This document shows positions 32,866-43,428 of a DNA stretch of 64,000 nt, one piece after another (the stretch's first letter is position 1; each line of letters starts with the position of its first letter). A program made the translations under genes and the position numbers. The notes under the pieces were generated by a model, which saw only the letters and a list, made by a program, of their open reading frames with translations, ran no database searches and had not been told where the DNA came from. The stretch is from an uncultured bacterium (lineage in GTDB: Bacteria; Chloroflexota; UBA5177; JANWHV01). The stretch is from positions 63,414-127,413 of the forward strand of contig CAWHAE010000011.1 of the NCBI GenBank assembly GCA_963827235.1, given 5' to 3'.

Positions 32866-33291
32866 GTGACGGACTATTCAGGTGGATGCCATTGCGGGGC
32901 GGTTGCCGTGACGTTTAGGACCGAGCGCGAACCGCGCAGGTGGCCGATGCGGCGGTGCACCTGCTCGTTCTGCATCCGCTTCGGGGGTGTCTACACCTCC
33001 GATCCGGCGGGCGAGATCGCTCTTCGGAGCACGAGCGTGCTTCGGACATACCAGTTCGGCCAACGCACCGCGGATTTCCTGTTCTGCCCGACGTGCGGCG
33101 TCTACTTCGGCGCGATGGCGGAGATCGACGGTAAGAAGCTCGCTGTCCTCAATGTCCGGGTGCTCGACGGGGTGACGCTCGACCACGCTGCTGCCCAGCC
33201 GATGGACTTCGACGATGAGTCGGTCGAGCTACGCTCCGCGCGGCGGCTCCGGCACTGGACACCTCTCTCGCTATCAGTGACGACTGCGTAG
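32866..33291 (+). CDS. GFA/CENP-V family (aldehyde-activating) protein
   Basis: GGCHCGAV, CTCSFC and FCPTCGVY. Confidence 0.85.
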   Translation: MTDYSGGCHCGAVAVTFRTEREPRRWPMRRCTCSFCIRFGGVYTSDPAGEIALRSTSVLRTYQFGQRTADFLFCPTCGVYFGAMAEIDGKKLAVLNVRVLDGVTLDHAAAQPMDFDDESVELRSARRLRHWTPLSLSVTTA

Positions 33292-33419
33292 CGCACGTGG
33301 CGATCGGTGCCATGAGTCGGATAGCGCCGGGGAGGCGCAGAGGCTGGCGCCGTCCCGGGAAATTGTCAGCCTGCATACAGTATTCTTCAGTGCACGTTAC
33401 TGTATGAAATGCCCACAGG

Positions 33420-33740
33420 ATGCACACAGCAGATGTGCGCTACCGTCGCGTTCCGGACAGGGGACGCGATGTGCACGGGCAGCGGGGAGTCATCAGCATT
33501 GGAACGTTCGCTGAATGTCTGCGCTACGACCACGGTGTCGCGGTGTTCTGTCCGAAATGCCGGCGCTGGGCCGACCTCGATCTCCAGTGTCTCGTTGACC
33601 GCGGTTACGGAGCCCTGCCGCTGCGGGGATGTCGCACTCGCTGCCAGTTGTGCCAGGGCCTGGGGCAAATCCAGCTGCGCGCGCCGATGCCGGAGTGGCG
33701 TGGACCTGCTTGGCATGGCAATGCGACACTCGTCGCCTAG
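33420..33740 (+). CDS. Small Zn-ribbon-like hypothetical protein (start uncertain)
   Basis: VFCPKCRRWADLDL...RCQLCQG. Confidence 0.5.
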   Translation: MHTADVRYRRVPDRGRDVHGQRGVISIGTFAECLRYDHGVAVFCPKCRRWADLDLQCLVDRGYGALPLRGCRTRCQLCQGLGQIQLRAPMPEWRGPAWHGNATLVA

Positions 33741-33883
33741 ATGGCCGTCGATTGAATGATCGGGGCCCCGGCGCGTTGCGCCGTCGGGCTCCTCCGGGTT
33801 CGATTGCGCTCATCCGCACTTCGCGCGGACGCTTCGCGCCCTGCGGCTCCCTGGCCCTGGGAACTCCGCGGTGAGGTGGGGCA

Positions 33884-34028
33884 GGGCGGGCTTGTCTGTC
33901 TTTGTCAGTGTGCCACGCGGTTCTCAGCCGTCAAGGGCTACGCGTTTCGCACTTGCGGCCTTCGGCCGGCTTCGCCCCCTGACGGCTGCGCTGCCGCGTG
34001 CCCTCCGGCATCCCGGGCAAGCCCGCCC
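33884..34028 (+). promoter_or_regulatory. Frpo/ssi-like nested stem-loop, copy 1
   Basis: Nested arms GGGCGGGCTTG/CAAGCCCGCCC, CACGCGG/CCGCGTG and CAGCCGTCA/TGACGGCTG. Homologous to 36638-36783. Confidence 0.55.
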
Positions 34029-34064
34029 AGGACTGGGGAGACCGGACCATGGACGAGAAACCTT

Positions 34065-34240
34065 TTCGAAAAGGTAGGCCTTGGGGTCTGACTCAACCCG
34101 CGAGGCCTCCAGGTACTCATTCAGGTGGGTGTCGAGCAGGTGATGGCAGTGCATCTCGTGTCGCTTGCCACCTTTCTCGTGGACCGGGACCCACGGCCCG
34201 CGGCTCTGCGCTTGTACCGTCGGTACCTCGTTCTGTCGGC
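34065..34240 (-). pseudogene. Tyrosine recombinase fragment
   Basis: WVPVHEKGGKRHEMHCHHLLDTHLNEYL...DPKAYLF. Confidence 0.65.
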
Positions 34241-34314
34241 GCAGGGGATTCCCATCTTCCTCCCGGGATCGCGTACGCTGCATCGGACCGACACGTCGTC
34301 ACTCCGGAACGTCG

Positions 34315-35252
34315 ATGCTGCATCCTGAGAGCCAATCCCTTCTCCAGTTGATCGAACAACGCGGGCTCCCCGCGACGCACACGCTGAGCCCGGCGGATGC
34401 CCGCGCGTTCTACCGCGAGCGGCGCGTCGTGACTCAACCGGCACCGCCCGAGGTCGCGTCGGTGGAGGAACTCGAGGCGAGCGGGCCAAATGGGGCGATT
34501 TCGCTCAGGCTCTACCGGCCACTTGGCGGATCGGGCGGAGCGCTGCTGCCCGTACTCGTCTACTACCATGGAGGCGGCTGGGTCATCGGTGATCTCGATA
34601 CACACGACACGCTGTGTCGGGAGCTGTGCAACCTCTCCGGTTGCGCGGTGGTCACCGTCGACTATCGGCTGGGTCCCGAGCATCGCTTTCCGGCGGCGGT
34701 GATCGATTGCATGGCGGCGACGCGCTGGGTGAATGCGCACGCGGGGAGCTCAGACTCGATGCATCGCGCCTCGCGGTCGGTGGCGACAGCGCCGGCGGCA
34801 ACCTCGCGGCGGTCGTCGCGATCGATGCGCGCGACCGCGCGGACGTGCCGATCGCGTTCCAGCTCCTGATCTATCCCGCGACCGACCAGCACCGCTCGGC
34901 ACCCTCGCACGCGGAGAACGGCCAGGGCTATCTGCTGACTACCGAGACGATGGAGTATTTCACAGGTCACTATATCGACGACCCGCGCCACTACGACGAC
35001 TGGCGTGCATCGCCACTGGTGCATCCGGATCTGTCAAAGCTCCCGCCCGCCCTCGTCCTGACCGCCGGGTTCGATCCGCTGCGCGACGAGGGCGCGATGT
35101 ATGCCGAGCGGCTCACCGCAGCCGGCAATCGGGCGAGCTGCGTGCTCTTCCCGCGACAGATCCACGGGTTCGTGACCATGGGGAAAGTCATCGACGAGGC
35201 GAACACCGCGGTTGCGCTCTGTGCCGCGGAGCTGCGGCGAGCGCTGAGGTAA
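34315..35252 (+). CDS. HSL/Aes-family alpha/beta hydrolase; frameshift near 34748
   Basis: HGGGW, DYRLGPEHRFP, GDSAGGNL, DPLRDEG and HGF. Confidence 0.88.
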
Positions 35253-35600
35253 CCAGCTCCAGCGAGGCGCTGCTGACCGGTCTTCGGGCGGGCGAAGGCT
35301 TGCTGGCGGCGGGCGGTCCGGAGCCCGAGGACGACCGCGAGGTTGCCCTCGCGGTCGACAGCTCCCAGGCTCAGTCAGCAAGAAGGGTCGGGAACTGCAA
35401 CCAAGGTAGCGGCATCGCGGCGCCGCACGCGATCATCCAAAGGATGAATTGCGTCGCAGTTCTTCCGCGGCTATAGGGTAGGCGTCCCCGTAGTCGCGAC
35501 CCGGCAAGCGGTGCGGCGACCAGGGCGCCGACGTCCGGTCGATAATATTCATGAGTCCGAGAATTTCTTTGCGCGTCGGCGCCTATGCCGAATGGAGACG

Positions 35601-35783
35601 TCAGCGGGCTGAGCGCCGGCGGCGCGGCTTCTTGATCGTCAGGTGCTGATAGACCGACGCGCGGGTACGGCCGAGTGCGCGGGCGATCTCGGCGCCACTT
35701 GCGCCGCGCTCATGAAGCACGAAGAGCTTGCGTTCGTCGGACTTCGTCCAGGCGCTGCCGTGATGCGAGGGCTTTCTGGGCAT
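35601..35783 (-). CDS. Small HTH protein (GcrA-like N-terminus)
   Basis: WTKSDERKL...GASGAEIARALGRTRASV. Confidence 0.55.
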   Translation of the reverse strand: MPRKPSHHGSAWTKSDERKLFVLHERGASGAEIARALGRTRASVYQHLTIKKPRRRRSAR

Positions 35784-35872
35784 GGGAGTGGGCCGGTCGT
35801 GAGCGAGGCGCGCAGGATAACCGCGCCGGCCTTCGCCGGTCCATCGTGGAGGCTACGGACTGCCCGATCCGT

Positions 35873-36283
35873 TCAGCGGCGGCGTGCGTCGGCTTGCGCG
35901 GCCTGCGCACGGCGCATCAGGCTCGCGTGCAGGACGCCGAGTTTCGGTGAATGGCCGAACGGCCGGCCGGGGGCGACGTCGAACCACTCGCCGGTATACG
36001 GCAGGTCGACCGACTTCTGGAGATTGAATTTCGTCGGGTAGCTCAATCCAGCGGCCCGAAACGCCGGCCCGTCGGCGGGCTCGATCAGGAACTCGCCGGC
36101 ATACCGCCGGGTCGTCTTCTGGCTCGTGCCGAAGGCGACCGTGACGGCTGGCTCACCGGCGAGCGCGCCGACCGCCACCACAAGACCAGGCCGCGGCTTC
36201 GGGCCAGGCGACCTTTCAAAATCCTGTGGGAGCCGACAGCAGACGAGATCGCCCGGCGCCGGCAATGGGAACGGTGCGCGCAC
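35873..36283 (-). CDS. PemK/MazF-like toxin
   Basis: PGDLVCCRLP...PGPKPRPGLVV, VAFGTSQ and AGLSYPTKF. Confidence 0.7.
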   Translation of the reverse strand: MRAPFPLPAPGDLVCCRLPQDFERSPGPKPRPGLVVAVGALAGEPAVTVAFGTSQKTTRRYAGEFLIEPADGPAFRAAGLSYPTKFNLQKSVDLPYTGEWFDVAPGRPFGHSPKLGVLHASLMRRAQAAQADARRR

Positions 36284-36568
36284 TCAGAAGAGGCGCTGCG
36301 TGACGACCATCTTGCGCTGGGGAACACGCTGCCTGATGGCAGTCAGCGTCCTGCCGCTGATCGCGCCGTCGTCGCGCGGATACTGCGGCAGGTGCTTCGC
36401 AGCGAGCTCGGCAAGCGCCAGATGGATGACCTGGGTTTCGGTGAGCCCCAGTTCGTCGGAGAGACGCGTCGCGGTCTTGCGCGACACGCCGAACGGCGTA
36501 TCGCGGTCGCGGTAGCGCAGCAGGACATTGCTCGTGCGGCGTCGGGTGCCGGGCGGGGAGGAGGCCAT
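36284..36568 (-). CDS. Cognate antitoxin (RHH-like)
   Basis: Directly abuts the toxin gene. LSDELGLTETQVIHLAL...YPRDDG. Confidence 0.6.
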   Translation of the reverse strand: MASSPPGTRRRTSNVLLRYRDRDTPFGVSRKTATRLSDELGLTETQVIHLALAELAAKHLPQYPRDDGAISGRTLTAIRQRVPQRKMVVTQRLF

Positions 36569-36637
36569 GGCGGGCGTGCCTGGGCACGATTCGGTAGATA
36601 TCCATTAGATATCAGAGGGGGGCGATCGAAGCAAGAG

Positions 36638-36783
36638 CGGGCTTGCCTCGCGTGTTCGAGCGTGACCGGCCGTTCTCGGCGTCAAGGTTCTGCGCTCGGG
36701 CTTCGCCCGTGCTCGACGGAGTCGCTACGCGAACCTTGACGGCCGCGCTGCGGCGGGTGGCCGGGGGCCACAGGCAATCCCGC
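36638..36783 (+). promoter_or_regulatory. Frpo/ssi-like nested stem-loop, copy 2, upstream of DUF932
   Basis: CGTCAAGGTTC (36680-36690) pairs with GAACCTTGACG (36731-36741). Outer arms CGGGCTTGCCT/AGGCAATCCCG. Confidence 0.6.
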
Positions 36784-36810
36784 CCGGAGATGGCCCGAGT
36801 AGGCCCGATC

Positions 36811-37572
36811 ATGAACACTCTCACCGTTGATTCCGTTTCCAGTTTCGACGATGCGTTTCGTCCGGGGCTCAGCGTTGGGCGCCTGCGTTCGCAGGCGCCG
36901 GCGGCGTTCGCCGAGAGCCCGTTCGGCAAGGTGAGTCCGGCCTACGGATTCATCTCGACGCGCGAGCTCGTCGGGGCGTTACTCGATGCCGGGTTTGCGG
37001 CGACCGAGGCCCGGCAGGCGCGCGCTCGCGCAGAGCGGGCAGGGTATGCGCGGCACCTGTTGCGGTTCCGGCCGGTTCGGACCGAGGTCGCGCTCGATGA
37101 GGCGATCCCGGAAGTGATCATCGTCAACAGCCACGACGGCACGAGCGCCTACCAGATGCGGGCGGGGCTCTACCGGCCGATTTGCACCAATGGGCTCATG
37201 GCCAAGCTCGGCGACTTCGGGGTGATCCACGTGCCGCACCGGGGGAATATCGTCGCGAACGTCGTCGAGGCTGCGACGCGGATCCTCACGCAGTTCGAGC
37301 TGGTTGCCGTTGCGGTCAAGGGCATGGTGGCGACGTACCGGTCCGATCGGGCGCAACTCGAGTTCGCGGAGGAGGCAGTTGCGATCCGCTGGCGCGGCGA
37401 GATGCCGGTGCAGCCGCGGCGGCTCTTGGAGGCCCGTCGGCCGGCGGATGTCGGCGATGACCTGTGGCGGGTGTTCAACACCGTGCAGGAGAACGTGATC
37501 CGCGGCGGTGTCACGAGCCGGGCGGCGAGCGGGAGGCTCACGCGCACGCGCGGCATCCGGGCGATCAAGGAG
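36811..37572 (+). pseudogene. DUF932 (DUF945) protein, 5' part, interrupted by a RIT element
   Basis: HLLRFR, PEVIIVNSHDGTSAYQMRAGLYRPICTNGL and DLWRVFNTVQEN. Confidence 0.88.
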
Positions 37573-37724
37573 TAATGGCGAGCTCACCATTACTCGCGTT
37601 ATGACGAGGTCGCAGTAATGGCGAGGACGTGGCCTGTTGCCGCGATGGATCGCCGATAAGGCGCAGTTTCCTTCGCATTATTTCCAGCTCAGGCTGCTTC
37701 ACGGGACCTCAACGAGGAGCAGCC

Positions 37725-38999
37725 ATGGACACGTCCAGATCGGGTGATGTCGAGTCGATCGCCGTCTACCGTCGCCGTCTTGAGGAGGCTCGGTACAACG
37801 CCAAGAGCATCCGGGTCCAGGTCGCGGCCGTTACGCGGTTCTTAGCAGAGCTTCGCGCGCGCGGACTGTCGCTCGAGCATGTTGACGAGGCGTACGTTGC
37901 GGCCTACTGGCGACGGCGAAGGCTCACCTACGAGCGCGAGCGCGGCGCAGCCGCCGTGCCGCGGACGCAGTGGGCGCGGGCGGCCCGCGCCGCCGTTCGT
38001 GGGTACCTGCGAGCGCGTCTCGGATCGATTCCAGTGCCGCCGCCGCCACCTGGGTCACCTGCCGAGCGAGCGGCGGCATTGGTCGAGGCCTACCGGGCCC
38101 ACCTGTGCGCCACCCGGCACCTCGGCGCCGACACACTCACCGGCGTCGTACGTGAGGCGAGCCATTTCCTGGACTGGTGCGCATCGCGGGCACTGGTCAC
38201 AGCCAACGGCGTGCTGTGTAGCGCCGGCGACGTCGATGCCTATCAGCGCGCTCGCGCCGTGCAGTTGCGGCGTACGACCCTCAGCCTCGTCACCCGCCGG
38301 CTGAGGGCACTGCTGGCGTTCCTCTACGCCTCCGGTCGCCTCCGCAGCGACCTCGCCACTCGCGTCATTGCGCCGACGCTCTACCAGTATGAGGGGCTAC
38401 CAGCCGTACTAACCGACGGGCAGATCAAGGCCGTTCTATCAATGACTCGTCGCGATCGTTCCGCAAAGGGCCGGCGCGACTATGCGATGTTGACCCTGCT
38501 CGCGACCTACGGCATTCGCTCGAGCGAGCTTGTCGGGCTGCGCCTCGCCGATATCGACTGGCGCAGTGAGACGATAACGATTACCCAGGGCAAGACGTAC
38601 GATACGATCGTCGTCCCACTGTTACCGCACGTCGCCGCAGCATTTCTCGCCTATCTGCGACACGGCCGCCCGCGCACGCCTGCACGGGAGCTGTTTCTGC
38701 GGATGCGTCCGCCGCACCGCGGCCTCGCCAGGCGCGCCAGTGTATATGGCGTCGTTACCACTCGTTTGCGCGCCGCCGGCATCGTCCTAACCGGCAAGCG
38801 TGGCCCACACCTCTTTCGTCACGCACGTGCGGTGTCACTGCTGCGCGCCCGCGTACCCGTCAAGGCGATCGCGGACATCCTCGGACATCGCTCGCTGCGT
38901 TCCACCGCGACCTATCTGAAGCTCCAGGACGAGGACCTGCGCGGCGTAGCGCTTCCGGTTCCGGCGATCGAGGAGGTGTCCCATGGACCGCTGGCCTGA
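37725..38999 (+). CDS. ritA: RIT tyrosine recombinase A
   Basis: RDYAML...YGIRSSE, GPHLFRHARA and LGHRSLRSTATY. Confidence 0.9.
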   Translation: MDTSRSGDVESIAVYRRRLEEARYNAKSIRVQVAAVTRFLAELRARGLSLEHVDEAYVAAYWRRRRLTYERERGAAAVPRTQWARAARAAVRGYLRARLGSIPVPPPPPGSPAERAAALVEAYRAHLCATRHLGADTLTGVVREASHFLDWCASRALVTANGVLCSAGDVDAYQRARAVQLRRTTLSLVTRRLRALLAFLYASGRLRSDLATRVIAPTLYQYEGLPAVLTDGQIKAVLSMTRRDRSAKGRRDYAMLTLLATYGIRSSELVGLRLADIDWRSETITITQGKTYDTIVVPLLPHVAAAFLAYLRHGRPRTPARELFLRMRPPHRGLARRASVYGVVTTRLRAAGIVLTGKRGPHLFRHARAVSLLRARVPVKAIADILGHRSLRSTATYLKLQDEDLRGVALPVPAIEEVSHGPLA

Positions 39000-40353
39000 T
39001 TCGGACGGCGCGGCGATCGACCGCTATCTTGCCACGCAGCACTGGCGCCACCCATCCACGCGGAGAGTCTACGGGCTGGCTCTGCGGGCATTCCAACGTT
39101 TTTCCGACGCGAGGCAGACTCGTGCCGGCGTCGCCGAAGGCACTCTCGTCGAGTGGGTTGAGCGCCAGGCGCAGGTGCTCTCGACCGTCGTCTTGTGCAA
39201 CCGCATGACGCAGTTGAACCGTTTCTTAGACGATCTCGTCCAACGTGGATCGCTGGCGGCTAACCCGTTCGCAGCGCTGCAGTCCCGGCATTCGATTCCC
39301 CACATCGGCCCCCTCGTGCGTGCGCTGGCAGCCCCGGATCGCGCCCGAGCCCTTGCGGCGGCTCGCGTCCCCGTCCACTGGGGCAGTCCCTTAGGTCCGA
39401 TGCTGCGCGAGCACGTTGAGACGATGCAGACGCTCGGCTATCGCTATCAGGCGCAGGAAGGCCGACTCCGGCAGTTCGACCGCTTCCTGCAGGACCGCCC
39501 CGAGCTCAGCGGCTGTGATCTGGCGACCCTCATGGATGCCTTTCGCGGCGATCGGCCCACATCGGAGCACCTGTGGGCAAGCGAACGCCTTGCGAGTGAT
39601 CTGAGCTACGCGTGGAGCCGAGCGCAGCCTGCGGTCTCCCGCCACCGACTCGACCGCGCGCTGCGCCGGCGCCTCGACCGCGATCGACGGCGACCCCATG
39701 TTTACTCGCCGGAGGAGATTGAACGCCTGCTCACCGCGGCACTTGCGGCGCCAGCACCACGCTCGCCGCTCGTGCCGGCAACGACGTTCACGATGGTCGC
39801 GCTGGCGTACAGTGCCGGATTGCGGATCGGTGAGATTGTTCGGCTCTTGCTCGAGGACGTTCGGCTCGAGGAGGGCGTACTCCTCATTCGCAACAGCAAG
39901 TTCTTTAAGTCCCGCCGGATCCCGCTACATCCGACAGCGATTGCGGCACTCAGACGCTACCTCTCGCAGCGCCAGGCCAGCGGTGCTGACCAGCACCCAA
40001 GCGCGCCTTTGTTCTGGCAGGAGGCGCGCTTCGGTGGTTACTCCCGGGCCGGAGCCCAAGATCTCGTGATCGGCGCACTGCGCCGAGCGGCCCTCAAGCC
40101 CGCCCGCGGCAAGCGCGGCCCGCGGATCCATGACTTGCGCCACACCTTCGTCGTTCACCGTCTGCTCGCATGGTACCGCGAAGGCCGGTCTCCAGAGCCT
40201 CTGCTGCCATTCCTCGCCACGTACCTGGGCCATCGGAGCATCCACTCCACGCTCATCTACATCACGGTCACCCGTGAGCTGATGGCTGAGGCTTCTGAGC
40301 GTTTTCGCGCGGTTGGCGCCGCCCATCTCCGGGCGGATCGGAGCTCGTCATGA
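38983..40353 (+). CDS. ritB: RIT tyrosine recombinase B
   Basis: GLRIGE, SKFFKSRRIP, RIHDLRHTFVV and YLGH...TLIY. Confidence 0.9.
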   Translation: MDRWPDSDGAAIDRYLATQHWRHPSTRRVYGLALRAFQRFSDARQTRAGVAEGTLVEWVERQAQVLSTVVLCNRMTQLNRFLDDLVQRGSLAANPFAALQSRHSIPHIGPLVRALAAPDRARALAAARVPVHWGSPLGPMLREHVETMQTLGYRYQAQEGRLRQFDRFLQDRPELSGCDLATLMDAFRGDRPTSEHLWASERLASDLSYAWSRAQPAVSRHRLDRALRRRLDRDRRRPHVYSPEEIERLLTAALAAPAPRSPLVPATTFTMVALAYSAGLRIGEIVRLLLEDVRLEEGVLLIRNSKFFKSRRIPLHPTAIAALRRYLSQRQASGADQHPSAPLFWQEARFGGYSRAGAQDLVIGALRRAALKPARGKRGPRIHDLRHTFVVHRLLAWYREGRSPEPLLPFLATYLGHRSIHSTLIYITVTRELMAEASERFRAVGAAHLRADRSSS

Positions 40354-41348
40354 CCACCACCATTTCCCTGTCCGCGTTGCTGCATCGCTTCTTTCAGGAC
40401 TGGCTCGGTCGCCAGCGCGACCTCTCGGCGCACACTGTCCTCAGCTACCGCGACTCCTGGCGGCTGCTTCTGCGATTCCTCGCAGCTCGTCACGGTCGGG
40501 CGGTTACGCATCTGCGGATTGACGATGTGACTGCGCCCGCGGTGCTCGCATTTCTCGACGGGCTCGAGGGTCGCGGCGACAGTGTAGGTACGCGCAACTG
40601 CAGGCTGTCTGCCTTGCGGTCGTTCTTCGCCTACGCAGTGCGGGAGGAGCCCGCTCTCGCGGCGCAGGCAGCGGCGATCCTTGCGCTGCCGCGCAAGCGC
40701 ACGGTCCGACCCGTCATTACGAGCCTCGATGGTGACGAGGTCGATGCCGTCCTCGCGCAACCCGACCGCAGCACGCTCGCCGGACAGCGCGACCACCTGC
40801 TTCTGTCGCTGCTCTACAACACCGGCGCGCGTATTCAGGAGGCGCTCGACGTACGGCCGCAGGCCATCCGCTTCGATCCACCCGCGACGGTGCGCCTGCT
40901 CGGCAAGGGCCGCAAGGAGCGGACGTGCCCGCTGTGGCCAGAGACCGTGCAACTGATCCGGGCCTTCCGGCACCGGGATCCGCGCCCCGATGATGCCTTG
41001 CTCTTCGTCAATCGGTATGGCGATCCGCTCAGCGCCAGCGGCTTGCGCTTCAAGCTGGCGCAATACGTTGCCAAGGCGGCGGCGACGACGCCTTCACTTG
41101 CCCACAAGCGGATCTCGCCGCACACGTTCCGGCACTCAACCGCAGTGGCTCTCGTCAGCGTTGGAGCCGATACCACGGTGATCCGCGACTTGCTCGGTCA
41201 CGTCGAGCTCGACACGACGGCCCGCTACGCGCGAGCAGACCTCGCCGCGAAGCGCCGCGCCCTGGAGCAAGTTCATCGGCCTCCGCGTGGTTCGGCGAGA
41301 CGGTGGCGGAAGGACGCCGATCTCCTCGCGTGGCTCGACTCGTTGTGA
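40350..41348 (+). CDS. ritC: RIT tyrosine recombinase C
   Basis: SYRDSWRLL, LYNTGARIQE, GKGRKER, SPHTFRHS, LLGH...TTARY and LLAWLDSL. Confidence 0.9.
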   Translation: MTTTISLSALLHRFFQDWLGRQRDLSAHTVLSYRDSWRLLLRFLAARHGRAVTHLRIDDVTAPAVLAFLDGLEGRGDSVGTRNCRLSALRSFFAYAVREEPALAAQAAAILALPRKRTVRPVITSLDGDEVDAVLAQPDRSTLAGQRDHLLLSLLYNTGARIQEALDVRPQAIRFDPPATVRLLGKGRKERTCPLWPETVQLIRAFRHRDPRPDDALLFVNRYGDPLSASGLRFKLAQYVAKAAATTPSLAHKRISPHTFRHSTAVALVSVGADTTVIRDLLGHVELDTTARYARADLAAKRRALEQVHRPPRGSARRWRKDADLLAWLDSL

Positions 41349-41459
41349 CGCGGCCCGGTCGACCGCTGCCCTCTAATAATGTGCAGGGCAGCGGGTCGAT
41401 CTCCGCTAAAAATGCTGAGTCGGATCGCCGTGCTTCGCATTACGGTGTCCTCCTCATAA

Positions 41460-41522
41460 AAGGAGGACGTCCGGATCAACACGCAGCTGTGGCAGGCAGC
41501 GGTCGCGCGGGTCGGGGCGTGA
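41460..41522 (+). pseudogene. DUF932 3' remainder
   Basis: KEDVRINTQLWQAAVARVGA* continues ...TRGIRAIKE in frame. Confidence 0.85.
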
Positions 41523-41560
41523 CCGGCCGGGGCGCGGTGGTCAGCTGCCGCGCCCCGCTT

Positions 41561-42064
41561 TCAGAGGCCGGCGAGCTCCCGAAAGTCGGCGTCCGCGTGC
41601 TCAAACTCAACGGCGTGATGGCGCGCGCAGGCGGCAATCAGGATGTCGGAGGGAGGGACCGACTTCCCGGCGCTTCTCCGCGCGACGCGCAAGGTCGTGG
41701 GCCTCACGCCAGACGTCGTCGTCGATCGGAAGTTCCGGGAGCAGGCGCTCGAAGTCGCGCAGCACCTACTTCTCGCGATCACCACCAGCGCCGTTCCACA
41801 GCTCGAGCCGCACGATCGGACACCAGCACGCCTCGCCCGCCTCGAGCGCCCGCTGCACACGCTCGCGCTCTAAACAACATCGCCGCGGGGACGCAACAGG
41901 TGGATCCACGATGACGTGTCGACGAGGAGCACGCCTCAACCCCTGCGGCGCTGGGCGACGGGCTCGGAAATGCTGACGAGATTGTCGCAGGTGCCGGGCG
42001 TGCTTGACGAGCTCGGCCATACGTCGGCGCGCTCGGCATCGGGAATATCAACGGTGGTTTTCAT
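41561..42064 (-). pseudogene. Decayed vapBC pair
   Basis: MKTTVDIPD (42064, shortened) and MLLVDTSSWIHLLR (41932)...DILIAACA...ADADF, with stops and frameshifts. Confidence 0.75.
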
Positions 42065-42285
42065 GATTCCAATATTCGCCTCTTGGGAATATCAATCAAC
42101 GATAATGGAATCCACAGATTCAGAGAACGGAGTTCTGCATGCAAACGCCGTGGCGCCTGACCTCGGGGTTGCCTCTTGCGTCCGCCTTCGCCCAGAGAGC
42201 TGTCGGAACGGGCCGGCCGTACTCGCCAGGGGCCCACCGGGGCGGCGCAATGGTCGAGGCGTTGCGCCGCCATGTGGCCGCGCGG

Positions 42286-42666
42286 TCAGGGTGGTGGCGT
42301 CTCAGGCCCTAGGAGCCACTTGAGTGCAGCAGCTTCCTCGGTAAACACACCCACAACGGCGCCGCGGTTGCGGGCCACGGTCTCAGCAAAGTGGTCTACG
42401 ACGGCCCGTGTGGCGATGACGGCAACCTTGATGCCGAGGAGGAGGCGGCCTGCCGCCACGCCGATCTCGTACCGGTCCATGGTCGAAAGACTGAGGGGAA
42501 CGGCCGTCAAGTCGACCAGGGTACGCGGGATTCCCCGTGACCCGGCCTCGTCTGCAACGCGTTGTATCAGGCGACCGAAGCGTGCTCGCGTGTAGGGCCC
42601 GCTTACGGTCATGCGAACGAAGCCGTGGTCTGCGGTAACCACCGTCTGAAAGTCGTCTCCGTCCAT
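42286..42666 (-). CDS. STAS/SpoIIAA-like hypothetical protein
   Basis: TLVDLT, FAETVARNRG and FTEEAAALKWL. Confidence 0.6.
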   Translation of the reverse strand: MDGDDFQTVVTADHGFVRMTVSGPYTRARFGRLIQRVADEAGSRGIPRTLVDLTAVPLSLSTMDRYEIGVAAGRLLLGIKVAVIATRAVVDHFAETVARNRGAVVGVFTEEAAALKWLLGPETPPP

Positions 42667-42885
42667 GCTTGCTGTTCTGAGAGACGCTTGAGTGGATGTC
42701 GTCCGGCTCGGTCCCAATCGAGTGCCGGCGACTCGTGGCGAAGAAGACAGGCTAAGCCAAGGGGGCGCAGCGCGCGAATGTCAGCTGCGCCTCCTTCGGA
42801 ACCTCGATTCCGCCGATACCGTGCGCCCAGACGGGCCAGCGATCGCCCGGGGACAAGTCCGAAGGCACCGATGAGAGCCGCCGCA

Positions 42886-43428
42886 CTAGTAATGCGGACG
42901 ACTACGGGCGGGCTGGTTTGGGTAAGTGTCCTCGTCCTCGAGGTCGATCGCAGCCGAAGGCGGCAACTTGGCGATGATGTCCTCGAGCATTCGAACGTGC
43001 TCAGCCTCTTCTGCCCGCAGCTCCTCGAACAGCGCCCGGACATCCGGCTGGTTCACGTGGCGCACGGTTTGGTCGTAGAACGCGAAGGCCTTCTTCTCGG
43101 AGGACAGCGCCACTTGATAAGCCTTCAGCGGGGACATGCTCCAGCGCGGTGCGCCGATCTCGGGGGCCTCGACATCGAAGATGTCGTCAAGCTTGACCTT
43201 TGGTCGTTGGTCGCCGAAGAGCGCCACGCGACGCTCCGCAAGCTGCTCGCCGTGCTTACTCTCGTTGACGGCCATCGCTTCGAATACCGCACCGGGGTCG
43301 TCAGCATCACGGCTGCCAAGGCGTTCTGCGAATTCCGTGTACCGCTTGAACGCTTCGAGCTCGATCAGGGCGGCGAGATCGAGGGCATCCATCAGAGTGA
43401 GTTTGGACAGATCGAGTCTCGTTGCCAT
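42886..43428 (-). CDS. Ferritin-like/rubrerythrin-family protein
   Basis: ALIELEA, NESKH, SEKKAFAFY and EEAEH di-iron motifs. Confidence 0.8.
   Translation of the reverse strand: MATRLDLSKLTLMDALDLAALIELEAFKRYTEFAERLGSRDADDPGAVFEAMAVNESKHGEQLAERRVALFGDQRPKVKLDDIFDVEAPEIGAPRWSMSPLKAYQVALSSEKKAFAFYDQTVRHVNQPDVRALFEELRAEEAEHVRMLEDIIAKLPPSAAIDLEDEDTYPNQPARSRPHY

Larger units (their letters stand above)
37573..41459 (+). mobile_element. RIT element (recombinase in trio)
   Basis: Three overlapping tyrosine recombinase genes. Terminal motifs TTATGACGAGGTCGCAGTAATG and CATTACGGTGTCCTCCTCATAA. AAGGAG is repeated at 37567-37572 and 41460-41465. Confidence 0.92.
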
